A stretch of DNA of 32,000 nucleotides from Ktedonobacterales bacterium. Its GTDB lineage: Bacteria > Chloroflexota > Ktedonobacteria > Ktedonobacterales > JADMIN01. The notes beneath the pieces are model-generated. The model worked only from the letters and a program-made list of their open reading frames with translations. It ran no database searches and was not told where the DNA came from. Positions 1-7,536 of the stretch are shown in pieces. The translations under genes and the position numbers were made by a program. Location of the stretch: assembly GCA_030167145.1 (NCBI GenBank), contig CP126532.1:1410001-1442000 (forward strand), in the 5' to 3' direction. How positions within the stretch are numbered: the first letter of the stretch is position 1; each line of letters opens with the position of its first letter.

Positions 1-445
1 CGCGGCGGCGACATCGTTGCCAATCTCGCGCTCCAGGCCGGCGTCAAGGCCGTGGGGGATGCCTTGCAGCAGTGCGGGCACGCGTTGCAAGGCGTGCAGG
101 CTCTTTTGACGCTTGCGAATGGGCATGAAATCGAGCAGGCGCATACGGCCATGCTCGCTGCTGAAGGTCGTTTCGAGGACGTTGGTTTCGGGCAGGTAGG
201 TCATCGAAGCCTGTGCCTGGTCTGTGGGGCTGATGCGGAAGTAGCCGCCTTTGTCGGCATCGAGCAGGCGCAGAAAGATCGCCGGACTATCGAAATGGGG
301 GAAGCAGAGCCAGTCAATCGAGCCATTCGGCGCGACCAGCGCGGCGGTGCGGCAGTCGCCGATAGCGCCATACGCGCCGATGGGGTAGTAGCGCGGCTCA
401 TGGTCTGCCCCAATCTGAGCCTCCACACGTCCTGACGGTCGCATC
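1..445 (-). CDS. Glycoside hydrolase family 15 (glucoamylase/trehalase-like), N-terminal part; gene continues beyond the left edge
   Basis: Absent from the ORF track because it runs off the window. The reverse complement from ATG at 445..443 (GAGGAGG RBS at 453..459) reads MRPSGRVEAQIGADHEPRYYPIGAYGAIGDCRTAALVAPNGSIDWLCFPHFDSPAIFLRLLDADKGGYFRISP... The IGDCRTAALV..G.IDWLC.P.FDSP block is the characteristic N-terminal motif of GH15 enzymes. Confidence 0.8.
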
Positions 446-671
446 CGCACGCCTCCTCTCCACACCGGTTGTGATAGGTATACCATCCCATGGGCGTCCG
501 TCGAACGCCCGTGCAAACAGAATGCGTTTATGCCTGAAGGGCTGCACGCACCCGGCGGTCTTTGCGTGGCGCATATACTATATCGAGTACATACGACTCT
601 ATGGACAGCATACCGCATCGCGCACCTATCTCATACTGCGAGATTGTCGCGGAGACGAAGGTGGAGACCGA

Positions 672-1055
672 GTGAGCATCGTAAGCCGCTATGTTTGGTG
701 GCCGGGGCATGATGCGGGCGGTTTGCTGCCGCCGGTGGATGTGCTGGCGGGTGTGCTGGCTCCGGCGATGTGGCGTGTGCCGTCTTCGTGGCCGCCGCTG
801 ACCGCCGATGAGGCGCTGGTGTATGTGCCGCCGCAGTGGATCGGCGATTGGGAGCACGGGCACGCGCTCGCGCCAGGCTACCAGCATGTGTGGCGTGTAG
901 CGGTGGCGGCGCTGCTGCCGCTGTCGTCCGCGCCACGAACTGCGCCGTATCGGCCCGCGACCCTGCCAGAGACGGCGACGGGGCCACGGCGCATTGGGGT
1001 ATGGAGCCGTGCGCGGCGGAGTCGTGGTGAACGGGGTGGTGATGGTAGTAGGTAA
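672..1055 (+). CDS. Hypothetical small Trp/Pro-rich protein (127 aa) upstream of and overlapping the FHA-PrsW gene
   Basis: In-frame GTG at 672 lies 5 nt after GAAGGTGGAG (657..666). Third codon positions are strongly G/C, with the same ccg/gtg/ctg/gcg usage as the downstream gene. The stop at 1053..1055 overlaps the next gene start. I recognise no homology. Confidence 0.4.
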   Translation: MSIVSRYVWWPGHDAGGLLPPVDVLAGVLAPAMWRVPSSWPPLTADEALVYVPPQWIGDWEHGHALAPGYQHVWRVAVAALLPLSSAPRTAPYRPATLPETATGPRRIGVWSRARRSRGERGGDGSR

Positions 1056-2835
1056 GCGGTTGCGATTGGGGTGGCGACACGAGTCGTTGCCTACGCTAGA
1101 GGTGCTGGGGACGCCCAGCGTTGCGGTGCTGCGGGCGCGTGAATACGGTATCGGCATCGCCGATAGCGCAGACGTGCGCGGGCTGCGTGGTGGACGGGTG
1201 TTTCTGGCGGGCGGGCGTGTCTTTGCCATCTCTGGTGATGTGGCGACCCTGGGCCGCGACCTAAAGAATAGCGTGGTGCTGCTCGATCCCGCCGTCTCGC
1301 GCGAACACGCGCGGCTGCGACGCATCGCCGGCGGCTGGCTGGTCGAGAATGCGTCGGCGCGCGGGCCGGTCTGGGTGGGTGAGCGGCGGCTCGCGCCCGG
1401 CGAGATGACGGAGATTTTGCCAGGGGAATGGCTGACACTCGGCGACACGCAACTGCAATTCCTCGCGCCGGAGCTACGCGCCAGCGCAGCGGACACACCA
1501 GGTGAAGCGCCAGCGGGCAGCAGCGGGACGCGCGTGCTGGGGCTGGGGATCACGCTGCAATTCGCGCTGCGCGAGAAGCGCGGCGCACGCGCGTGGTGGG
1601 CCTTCGCGCTGGTCGTTCTGGGACTGCTGCTGGCGAGCGCGCTGGTGACGTTGGGCACGGTGGCTCTGGTGGGGCGCGACGCGGCGGCGGCCAGTGGCGT
1701 TGGGCATGTGCTGGCGGCGCTGACGATTCCGCTAGCGCCCGCGCTGGGCGCGCTCCTGTTGGTCGCGGCGTTCGACCGCTACGAGCGCGAGCCGTGGCTG
1801 CTGCTGCTGGGCGCATTCGTGTGGGGCGCGCTGGTGGCTATCCCACCGGCGTTTTTCGTGGAGCATGCGGTGAGCGGGCTGCTGCTGGGGATAGTTCCCA
1901 CTGCGGCGGGACCGCTGCCAGGGTTGGGCGCGGCGGCGGCGCAGGCGCTGAGCGCGGGCCTGACGGAAGAAGTGACCAAGGGCGCTGGGCTGCTGCTGCT
2001 GATCTGGGCGCTGCGCGATGAATTCGATAATGTCACCGATGGCATTCTCTATGGATTGCTGATCGGCGCGGGGTTTGCGATGGTGGAGAACTTCGTGTAT
2101 TTCGCGCAGAGTCCCGGTGGCAGTCTTCCGGTGCTGATTGCGGGGCGGGTGGCGCTTGGCTGGCTGAGCCATTCGACATTTACGGCATTCTTCGGCGCGG
2201 GGCTGGGCTATGCGCGCGAGCAGAAGCGGCGATGCATCCTGTGGCTGGCGCCGCTCGGTGGGCTGGCGGTAGCCGTGCTATTGCATATGGAGTTCGATTT
2301 TGTGGCGTTCGCGGCGGATGTGCTGGCGCGACAACCGTTGAGCGCGCAGGATATGCATCTGCTGGCGCTCTGCGCGACGACGCTGGCGTATCTGCCGCTC
2401 TTTGGGGCGCAGGCGGTGCTCTTGTGGCTGCTGCTGGGCGCGCTCCGGCGCGAAGCGGCGATTGTGCGGGAGTACCTTGCGCCAGAGGTGGTGGCAGGCA
2501 CGGTGCTGCCCGATGAGTACGCGCTGATGCAGCGGGCGAAGCTGCGTGGGCGGGCAGAGCGGCGGGCGCTCTTCGAGTTTGGCGCGCGCCCATATCTGAC
2601 GGCGCGGGCGCTGCACCAGACGATCACGGGGTTGGCGTTTCGCGCGTGGCACGTGGCGCAGGGCGATCCGCCCAAGCGCGGGACGATCCAACCCGAAGAC
2701 GCCTACCGCACGCGCATTGCCAGGCTGCGCGCGTCGCTGCTGCGGCAGACGCTGGCGGCATATGCGGCGGATGAAGCGAATGGGGCGGGCGACGATGCGC
2801 TTGAGGACACCATCGGCGAAGAGGCGGACGATTAG
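994..2835 (+). CDS. FHA domain fused to a PrsW-family intramembrane protease
   Basis: 613-aa ORF; the start may instead be ATG 1042. The FHA core is at about nt 1200..1470 (ATLGRD...VSREHARL...WLVENASARGPVWVGERRL...LTLGDTQLQF). It is followed by about 8 TM helices carrying PrsW motifs: LTEEVTKGAGLL (EExxK), GFAMVEN, HSTFTAFFG and LLHMEFDF (HxxxD). Confidence 0.9.
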   Translation: MGYGAVRGGVVVNGVVMVVGKRLRLGWRHESLPTLEVLGTPSVAVLRAREYGIGIADSADVRGLRGGRVFLAGGRVFAISGDVATLGRDLKNSVVLLDPAVSREHARLRRIAGGWLVENASARGPVWVGERRLAPGEMTEILPGEWLTLGDTQLQFLAPELRASAADTPGEAPAGSSGTRVLGLGITLQFALREKRGARAWWAFALVVLGLLLASALVTLGTVALVGRDAAAASGVGHVLAALTIPLAPALGALLLVAAFDRYEREPWLLLLGAFVWGALVAIPPAFFVEHAVSGLLLGIVPTAAGPLPGLGAAAAQALSAGLTEEVTKGAGLLLLIWALRDEFDNVTDGILYGLLIGAGFAMVENFVYFAQSPGGSLPVLIAGRVALGWLSHSTFTAFFGAGLGYAREQKRRCILWLAPLGGLAVAVLLHMEFDFVAFAADVLARQPLSAQDMHLLALCATTLAYLPLFGAQAVLLWLLLGALRREAAIVREYLAPEVVAGTVLPDEYALMQRAKLRGRAERRALFEFGARPYLTARALHQTITGLAFRAWHVAQGDPPKRGTIQPEDAYRTRIARLRASLLRQTLAAYAADEANGAGDDALEDTIGEEADD

Positions 2836-3443
2836 GGCTTCGCGGCGGGAGCAAACGCCAGGGTAAGGCTGCCATCGGTTGAGGTGATACCAGTGAGAAG
2901 GTAGCGTGCGGAGCCGATCTTCAGGCTGTTGGCCACATCGCCGATCTTGCTATCCAGCGCCGATGCGAGCGCGTCGTCTACGGCGGCGGGCAGGGGCAGA
3001 CCGCCGACGGTGGCGCTGAGGATGCGCGCGGCGGGCGCGCCATTCGCCACACTGAGTTGCGCCGTGACGGCGAGGCGGCGCGTGGGCGTGCCAGGGAGCA
3101 GTGTGGCGTCGCCGGAGATAGCAATCATATCGTTGGCGGCGATATGCGCCTGAAGATGACTGACGCTGAACGGCAACCCGGCCTGCGCGATGGCGGCGGA
3201 GCCGACGCTGGTGAGAAAGGCGTCATCCACGGTGAGGGTGGCCGCGCCGGAAGTGGCCGCGGAGACCTGCGTCGCGGGGGTGGGCTGCGGCGCGAGGTAG
3301 ATCAGCCCAACCACCGCCAGCAAGATACCACAGAGCAGGCCGCCAACCGCCCAGAACGCGTTCGTCCACCAGCGGCGCGGGCGCTGCTGGGGCGCGGGCG
3401 CGTTGCGGTCAACGCGGGTGGTCTGTTGGTTGGCGGTCAGCAT
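2832..3443 (-). CDS. Single-pass membrane-anchored hypothetical protein (possibly DUF2993/LmeA-like); last gene of the operon
   Basis: 203-aa ORF with AAAGGGAA RBS upstream of ATG 3443. It has a basic N-terminus, one TM helix (FWAVGGLLCGILLAVVGLIYL) and an Ala/Ser/Thr-rich beta-type ectodomain. The family assignment is only a weak impression. Confidence 0.7.
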   Translation of the reverse strand: MLTANQQTTRVDRNAPAPQQRPRRWWTNAFWAVGGLLCGILLAVVGLIYLAPQPTPATQVSAATSGAATLTVDDAFLTSVGSAAIAQAGLPFSVSHLQAHIAANDMIAISGDATLLPGTPTRRLAVTAQLSVANGAPAARILSATVGGLPLPAAVDDALASALDSKIGDVANSLKIGSARYLLTGITSTDGSLTLAFAPAAKP

Positions 3444-3502
3444 GGCGGTTCCCTTTCATACAGGCGCCCTGGATGGTGTGTGGCGCGCGTGGCAGCGCAC
3501 CG

Positions 3503-4774
3503 CTAGCGCCCGACGAGCGGCGGACGCGGACCGTAGCCGCCGCGCGATGTGATGTAGAGCGCGGTGGCCAGCAGCGCGAAGAGCAGCGCCAGCGCCGAGA
3601 AGGTGTCGAGCAGTGGCGGTGTTTTGCGCGGGATCGTGACGGTGAGCGGCGATTTCTGCGTGCCGTTTGCCGGGAAGGTGACGGCGCCAGCTTTGGCGCA
3701 GACGCCGTATGCGGCGCCGTTGGCGAGCACGGTGAAGGTCACCTGGAAGTTTCCTGACCCGTCGGTTTTCGCCGTTCGCTGCTGTACTGCCGTCGTGGTA
3801 CATGGCTGGTTGGAAGGCACGACAAAGACGGTGATCTGTGTCCCGTTGGGCCAGTGTTGCCCGGTCACCGTGATAGATGTCTCCTGGGTGGTGATAGGCG
3901 TGGACTGGCGCGTTACGGAAGCAGGCACGCAACTCGACTTCGCGACCGAGAGACACGGCGTGGGGACGATGATGACCAGCGGCGATGGCTGTGTGCTTTT
4001 CGATGGGAATATCGTTATGCCATCGGTGGTCTTGGCGCAGACGCCGAAGTTCCCTCCGGTCGCGGGCGCGATGAGTGCGGTAGTGAATGTGGCGTCAGTG
4101 CCTACCGTCGCCGCTTGAGATGATGCTGATGTTGGGACGCTGCATGGCTGACCACCAGGCACGAGGAAGACGGTGACTTGTGCGTCGCTTGGCCAGTATT
4201 GTCCCGCCACATTGACCGTTGTCCCCGGCGGGACAGTGGGGGATGATTGCTGCGTTGTGTTAGCAGGTATACAATCCAAATCCCCGATGGCCAGACAGGG
4301 CATGGGAAGTTCGACGGTCAGCGGCGATGCCTTTGTGTTATCTGCTGGGTATATCGTTGCGCCATCAGTAGTTTTGGCGCAGACGCCGTATACGACGCCG
4401 CTCGCGAGCGCGCTGAAGCTCGCGCTGAAAGTCTCTTTTCCGTCAACTTGCTCCAACTGGGATGTTCCCAATGGTGGGGTACTGCATGGCTGACCACCAG
4501 TGACAAGGAAGACAGAGACTTCTGAGCCGACTGGCCAGCGTTCCCCCTTCACGACGAAATTGGGCGTGGGCACCTTAACGAGTTTGGAGTTCGTTTCCGT
4601 ATTGTCTATGCACCCCGAGTCCCCGATAGACAGGCAGGGTGCGGCGGAATTTGACCCACGCATGGATGCATGCGGGTGATGCTGGGTCGCGGGCGCCGCA
4701 AAACCCGACCCAACCGCCAACACGAAGGTCAAGAGCAACAGCACGCTAAATGAGAGCAGCGACCGTCTGAACAT
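3503..4774 (-). CDS. Secreted, C-terminally membrane-anchored protein with three tandem ~113-aa Cys-containing Ig-like repeats
   Basis: GAGGAGG RBS before ATG 4774. Signal peptide MFRRSLLSFSVLLLLTFVLAVGSGFA. Three repeats share PCL-x5-C ... G-x-W/YWP ... VFLV..GQPC ... YGVCAKTTDG.TI.P....SPL. The C-terminus has a TM helix (FSALALLFALLATALYI) and a basic tail. Confidence 0.85.
   Translation of the reverse strand: MFRRSLLSFSVLLLLTFVLAVGSGFAAPATQHHPHASMRGSNSAAPCLSIGDSGCIDNTETNSKLVKVPTPNFVVKGERWPVGSEVSVFLVTGGQPCSTPPLGTSQLEQVDGKETFSASFSALASGVVYGVCAKTTDGATIYPADNTKASPLTVELPMPCLAIGDLDCIPANTTQQSSPTVPPGTTVNVAGQYWPSDAQVTVFLVPGGQPCSVPTSASSQAATVGTDATFTTALIAPATGGNFGVCAKTTDGITIFPSKSTQPSPLVIIVPTPCLSVAKSSCVPASVTRQSTPITTQETSITVTGQHWPNGTQITVFVVPSNQPCTTTAVQQRTAKTDGSGNFQVTFTVLANGAAYGVCAKAGAVTFPANGTQKSPLTVTIPRKTPPLLDTFSALALLFALLATALYITSRGGYGPRPPLVGR
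3629..4639 (-). repeat. Three tandem intragenic repeats (period 339-342 nt, 113-114 aa) inside the surface protein gene
   Basis: The identical 15-mer TTGGCGCAGACGCCG recurs at 3693, 4032 and 4374 on the + strand, with spacings of 339 and 342 nt. At protein level, 4 Cys per unit are conserved in register. Confidence 0.8.
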
Positions 4775-4820
4775 GGTACGCCTCCTCTGAGTCTTTGGTA
4801 TCTCGGAGCGATAGCGATGG

Positions 4821-6134
4821 TTAGATCACGTGGAACGCCGACAGGATGATGAGCAGGGCGATGAAGATGGCGATAGACCAGACCACCACCGTGCCTACCG
4901 AACCGCTGCGCTTAGCTTTGGTTGCGGGGACTGGCGGCAAGGGCTGCGAGTAGGGCTGCGCGGGCCAATTTGGGTTGGGACGGGGTGTTGCGGGACTGAC
5001 TGGTAGCTGATATTGCGCCCGGCCCGGCTGCGCCGTGGAATTGCTGGGCGCGGGTCCGGCCGTCGCGATGGGCACCCTCGCGCCAAGTGGCTTGGACATC
5101 TCCGCGGGTGGCGGCGGCACGAAGGCACGCGGCGTAGCGGTCAGCGGCACACTGGCCGCAGCCCCTTTGCCGCTAGCGATGTCGGCGAGCGAGCGCGGCA
5201 TGCGGCGCTGCTCCAGCGCGGCGCGCAACTCGCGGACATAAGGTTCCACTGGAGCGCCGCATTTGGCGCGCATGCGCTCGATGTTGCTGGTGGCCAGGGT
5301 GGGGTTGTCGTAGTCGTCGCGCGAGAAGAGCAGCCGCTCGTCTTCGCGTGCGCCCAATTCGTTGTAGAGCGCCGGACGGATGGAGATCGCCAGCAGCGAG
5401 AGGTAGATCACCAGCGCAGAGAAGCGGTCCATCTCGGCGTCGAAGGGGCGGTTCGCGGGGTTGGGCTTGTCGCCCGGCCGGAAGAACTGCGGATGCTGAA
5501 ACGGCTTGTGGCCGCATTCGGTCTGCGCCTTGCCCGCCAGCAGCGGCACCCACATGTTGTCGTAGTCAATCAGCCGCAGTTGGGGTTGTCCGCCCGCCTC
5601 CTGGATCAGCACATTGGTCAGGTCGAGGTCGCCGTGCGCGATGCCCACCGCTTCAAGCTGGCCGATCATCTGCCGCCATGCCTCGCCGAGCGTGCGCATG
5701 CGGTTGGTATCGTTATAGTAGTCCGCGATGTAGCTGCCCAGCCGTCGGGTGTTATTGAGCCACTGCGTTTTGATGACCGGACGCCAGTTTTTGGCGACGT
5801 AGATACCATGCTCGACATAGGTCGTCGGGATGAGCGCGGGAACCTCGGCCTGTTTCGCGGTAATGTACTGGCTGATCCGCTGATAGCGCTCGACAATATC
5901 AGTGGGCGGATTGATATGCTCATCAATATTGGAGCAAAAGCAGCGGGCCTGAAAGTTGCCAAGCTTATAGAAGGTGATGTAGAGGCCTGCGCCGCCGTAG
6001 CGCGCGGGGCCACCGGTGGGCATCGTCGCGAGATTGGCGGCTTTCAGCTCGGCGTCGTTGACGTTGGTGCGCCACTGCTTGATGGCCTCGTCGTATTCCG
6101 GCCGGGTGGGCCAGGTTGGCTTCCAGTCAGCCAT
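4821..6134 (-). CDS. Protein-kinase-like (PKL) fold phosphotransferase with Pro-rich linker and C-terminal tail anchor
   Basis: 437 aa. Catalytic loop HGDLDLTNVLI (HxDxxxxN) and metal-binding LIDYDNMWVP (DFG-equivalent Asp). Gly-rich YGGAGLY near the N-lobe. The C-terminal ~110 aa are Pro/Ala-rich and end in the TM helix VVVWSIAIFIALLIILSAF. Confidence 0.85.
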   Translation of the reverse strand: MADWKPTWPTRPEYDEAIKQWRTNVNDAELKAANLATMPTGGPARYGGAGLYITFYKLGNFQARCFCSNIDEHINPPTDIVERYQRISQYITAKQAEVPALIPTTYVEHGIYVAKNWRPVIKTQWLNNTRRLGSYIADYYNDTNRMRTLGEAWRQMIGQLEAVGIAHGDLDLTNVLIQEAGGQPQLRLIDYDNMWVPLLAGKAQTECGHKPFQHPQFFRPGDKPNPANRPFDAEMDRFSALVIYLSLLAISIRPALYNELGAREDERLLFSRDDYDNPTLATSNIERMRAKCGAPVEPYVRELRAALEQRRMPRSLADIASGKGAAASVPLTATPRAFVPPPPAEMSKPLGARVPIATAGPAPSNSTAQPGRAQYQLPVSPATPRPNPNWPAQPYSQPLPPVPATKAKRSGSVGTVVVWSIAIFIALLIILSAFHVI

Positions 6135-6168
6135 GCGTTTCTTCTCTCTATCGCATCACATCGGCGCG

Positions 6169-7491
6169 CTATTCGATGGGGATGACGAGCAAGGTGTAGT
6201 CATCTTTGTCCATGCGGCCGGTCTGGTATTCGCGCTCCACGAGCTGTTCGAACTCTGCCTGGTCGCGCATGGTAAGCGCGAGGTGCCAGTCGGGCGTGAA
6301 GGCGTCCGCGCCGTTGCTGGTGACATGTTTCGCGCGTTTGCCATTCGCGGCCAGGGATTGCGCGAGCAGCCACTTGGCGACGCTATCGGTGGCGAGCACC
6401 ACCAGATCGCCGCGCTGCACATCTTCGTCGTACACCTTGACCGACGACACCATGCGCTTGACTATATCGGACGAGTTGTCGGTGATGAGCGTGCTGGGGG
6501 TGTCGTTGAATTGCCCAGGGTCGTTCAATGGCCTGGCGGCTTTGAGTCGCCAGTCGCCGCCACGTCCGCTGAAGATCAGGCATTCAGAGTCGCCGACGGC
6601 GGTGACTGCCACATGTTTGCCGTTCAGGGCGCAGGCGACCAGCGTAGTCTGCGCGTTGCTCTTCCAGACTTCGCTGAGCCAGTAGGTCAGGGTGGGGTTG
6701 CCTGATGGCTCAGTGGAGAGCTTTGCCGCCCAGTGTTCATACATCCACAGACGCCAATCGCGCCTGCACGCGGAGAGCCAGCGAGCGAAGTCTTTCGAAT
6801 CGCTAAACGTTGGCTCGCGCTGGACGAAGTTGCGTGCGACAATGCGCGCCCACGGCGCAGGCATTCTACTATTGCTCACGCCATCGGTGACGGCGTAGAT
6901 ACCCCGGCTGCTATCGCAGGCGAAGCCATCCTGGCAGAGTTGTGATTTGTCTTTCGATACCCTGAACAGACGAACGTTGTTGCCCAATTGCTCGCCCGAC
7001 AGATCGAAGAGTTGGTCGTTCTCGAAGGGCGACCTGGGATCAGGAGGGGTGGCGCTCGTGGGGCCAGTCATCGGCGCCCGCTGATTGGGCAACGTCCGTG
7101 GCGCTTCGGGCAGCACCGGCATCGGCGCGGGCATCGGCATGTACGGATTGGTGGCGTTGGGATCAGCGCCGCCGTTGCGCTGGCCAGGCTGTTTGCTGCT
7201 CATGACGACGATTGGCGCTGACACGTCACTCCACACCCAGCGGATGAAGATGATGATGCCCCAGAGCATGGCGATGATGGCGAGCAGGCGCACGGGTCTC
7301 TGCGTATTATCAGCAGTTTGGTTATTGAGCAGGCTGGCCAGCGCGCAGGCGATGGTGGCGCAGGCGAGGATCAATCCCACACGCTTGGTGGCCAGCAGCC
7401 GCTTGCGCTGGGCGGGTGATAGCTGCGGTGGTGGGGGCAGAGTCGCGGGGGGATTGGCCCGCGATGTAGGTGGAAGATGCGATAATGACAT
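6169..7491 (-). CDS. Membrane-tethered PP2C (PPM)-family phosphatase-like protein
   Basis: GGAGG RBS 6 nt before ATG 7491. The N-terminus has a two-helix TM hairpin (VGLILACATIACALASLL; LLAIIAMLWGIIIFIRWVW), then a Pro/Met-rich linker. The PP2C-like blocks are CQDGFAC..GIYAVTDGVSNS, TTLVACALNGKHVAVTAVGDSECLIF, GDLVVLATDSVAKWL and DDYTLLVIPI. Confidence 0.85.
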   Translation of the reverse strand: MSLSHLPPTSRANPPATLPPPPQLSPAQRKRLLATKRVGLILACATIACALASLLNNQTADNTQRPVRLLAIIAMLWGIIIFIRWVWSDVSAPIVVMSSKQPGQRNGGADPNATNPYMPMPAPMPVLPEAPRTLPNQRAPMTGPTSATPPDPRSPFENDQLFDLSGEQLGNNVRLFRVSKDKSQLCQDGFACDSSRGIYAVTDGVSNSRMPAPWARIVARNFVQREPTFSDSKDFARWLSACRRDWRLWMYEHWAAKLSTEPSGNPTLTYWLSEVWKSNAQTTLVACALNGKHVAVTAVGDSECLIFSGRGGDWRLKAARPLNDPGQFNDTPSTLITDNSSDIVKRMVSSVKVYDEDVQRGDLVVLATDSVAKWLLAQSLAANGKRAKHVTSNGADAFTPDWHLALTMRDQAEFEQLVEREYQTGRMDKDDYTLLVIPIE

Positions 7492-7536
7492 GAAGCGCCT
7501 CCTACGGTGTCGAGAGCGCGTAGCCGCGCGAGACGA

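Noticed and set aside
52-491. Track ORFs 52..435 (+) and 201..491 (-) at the left edge
   Set aside because: A different minus-strand frame, open to the window edge, gives a clean GH15 N-terminal sequence with a strong RBS. These two ORFs are frame shadows of it.
528-1658. 376-aa minus-strand ORF spanning the GH15/FHA-PrsW intergenic region and the FHA domain
   Set aside because: The composition is Arg/Pro/Ser/Ala-rich and low complexity, as expected of an antisense frame in GC-rich DNA. It overlaps the motif-supported FHA-PrsW gene, and I see no RBS or recognisable domain.
5013-6185. 390-aa plus-strand ORF antisense to the kinase-like gene
   Set aside because: It is an Arg/Gly/Val-rich shadow ORF with no motifs. 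The opposite strand encodes a protein with clear catalytic-loop motifs and an RBS.
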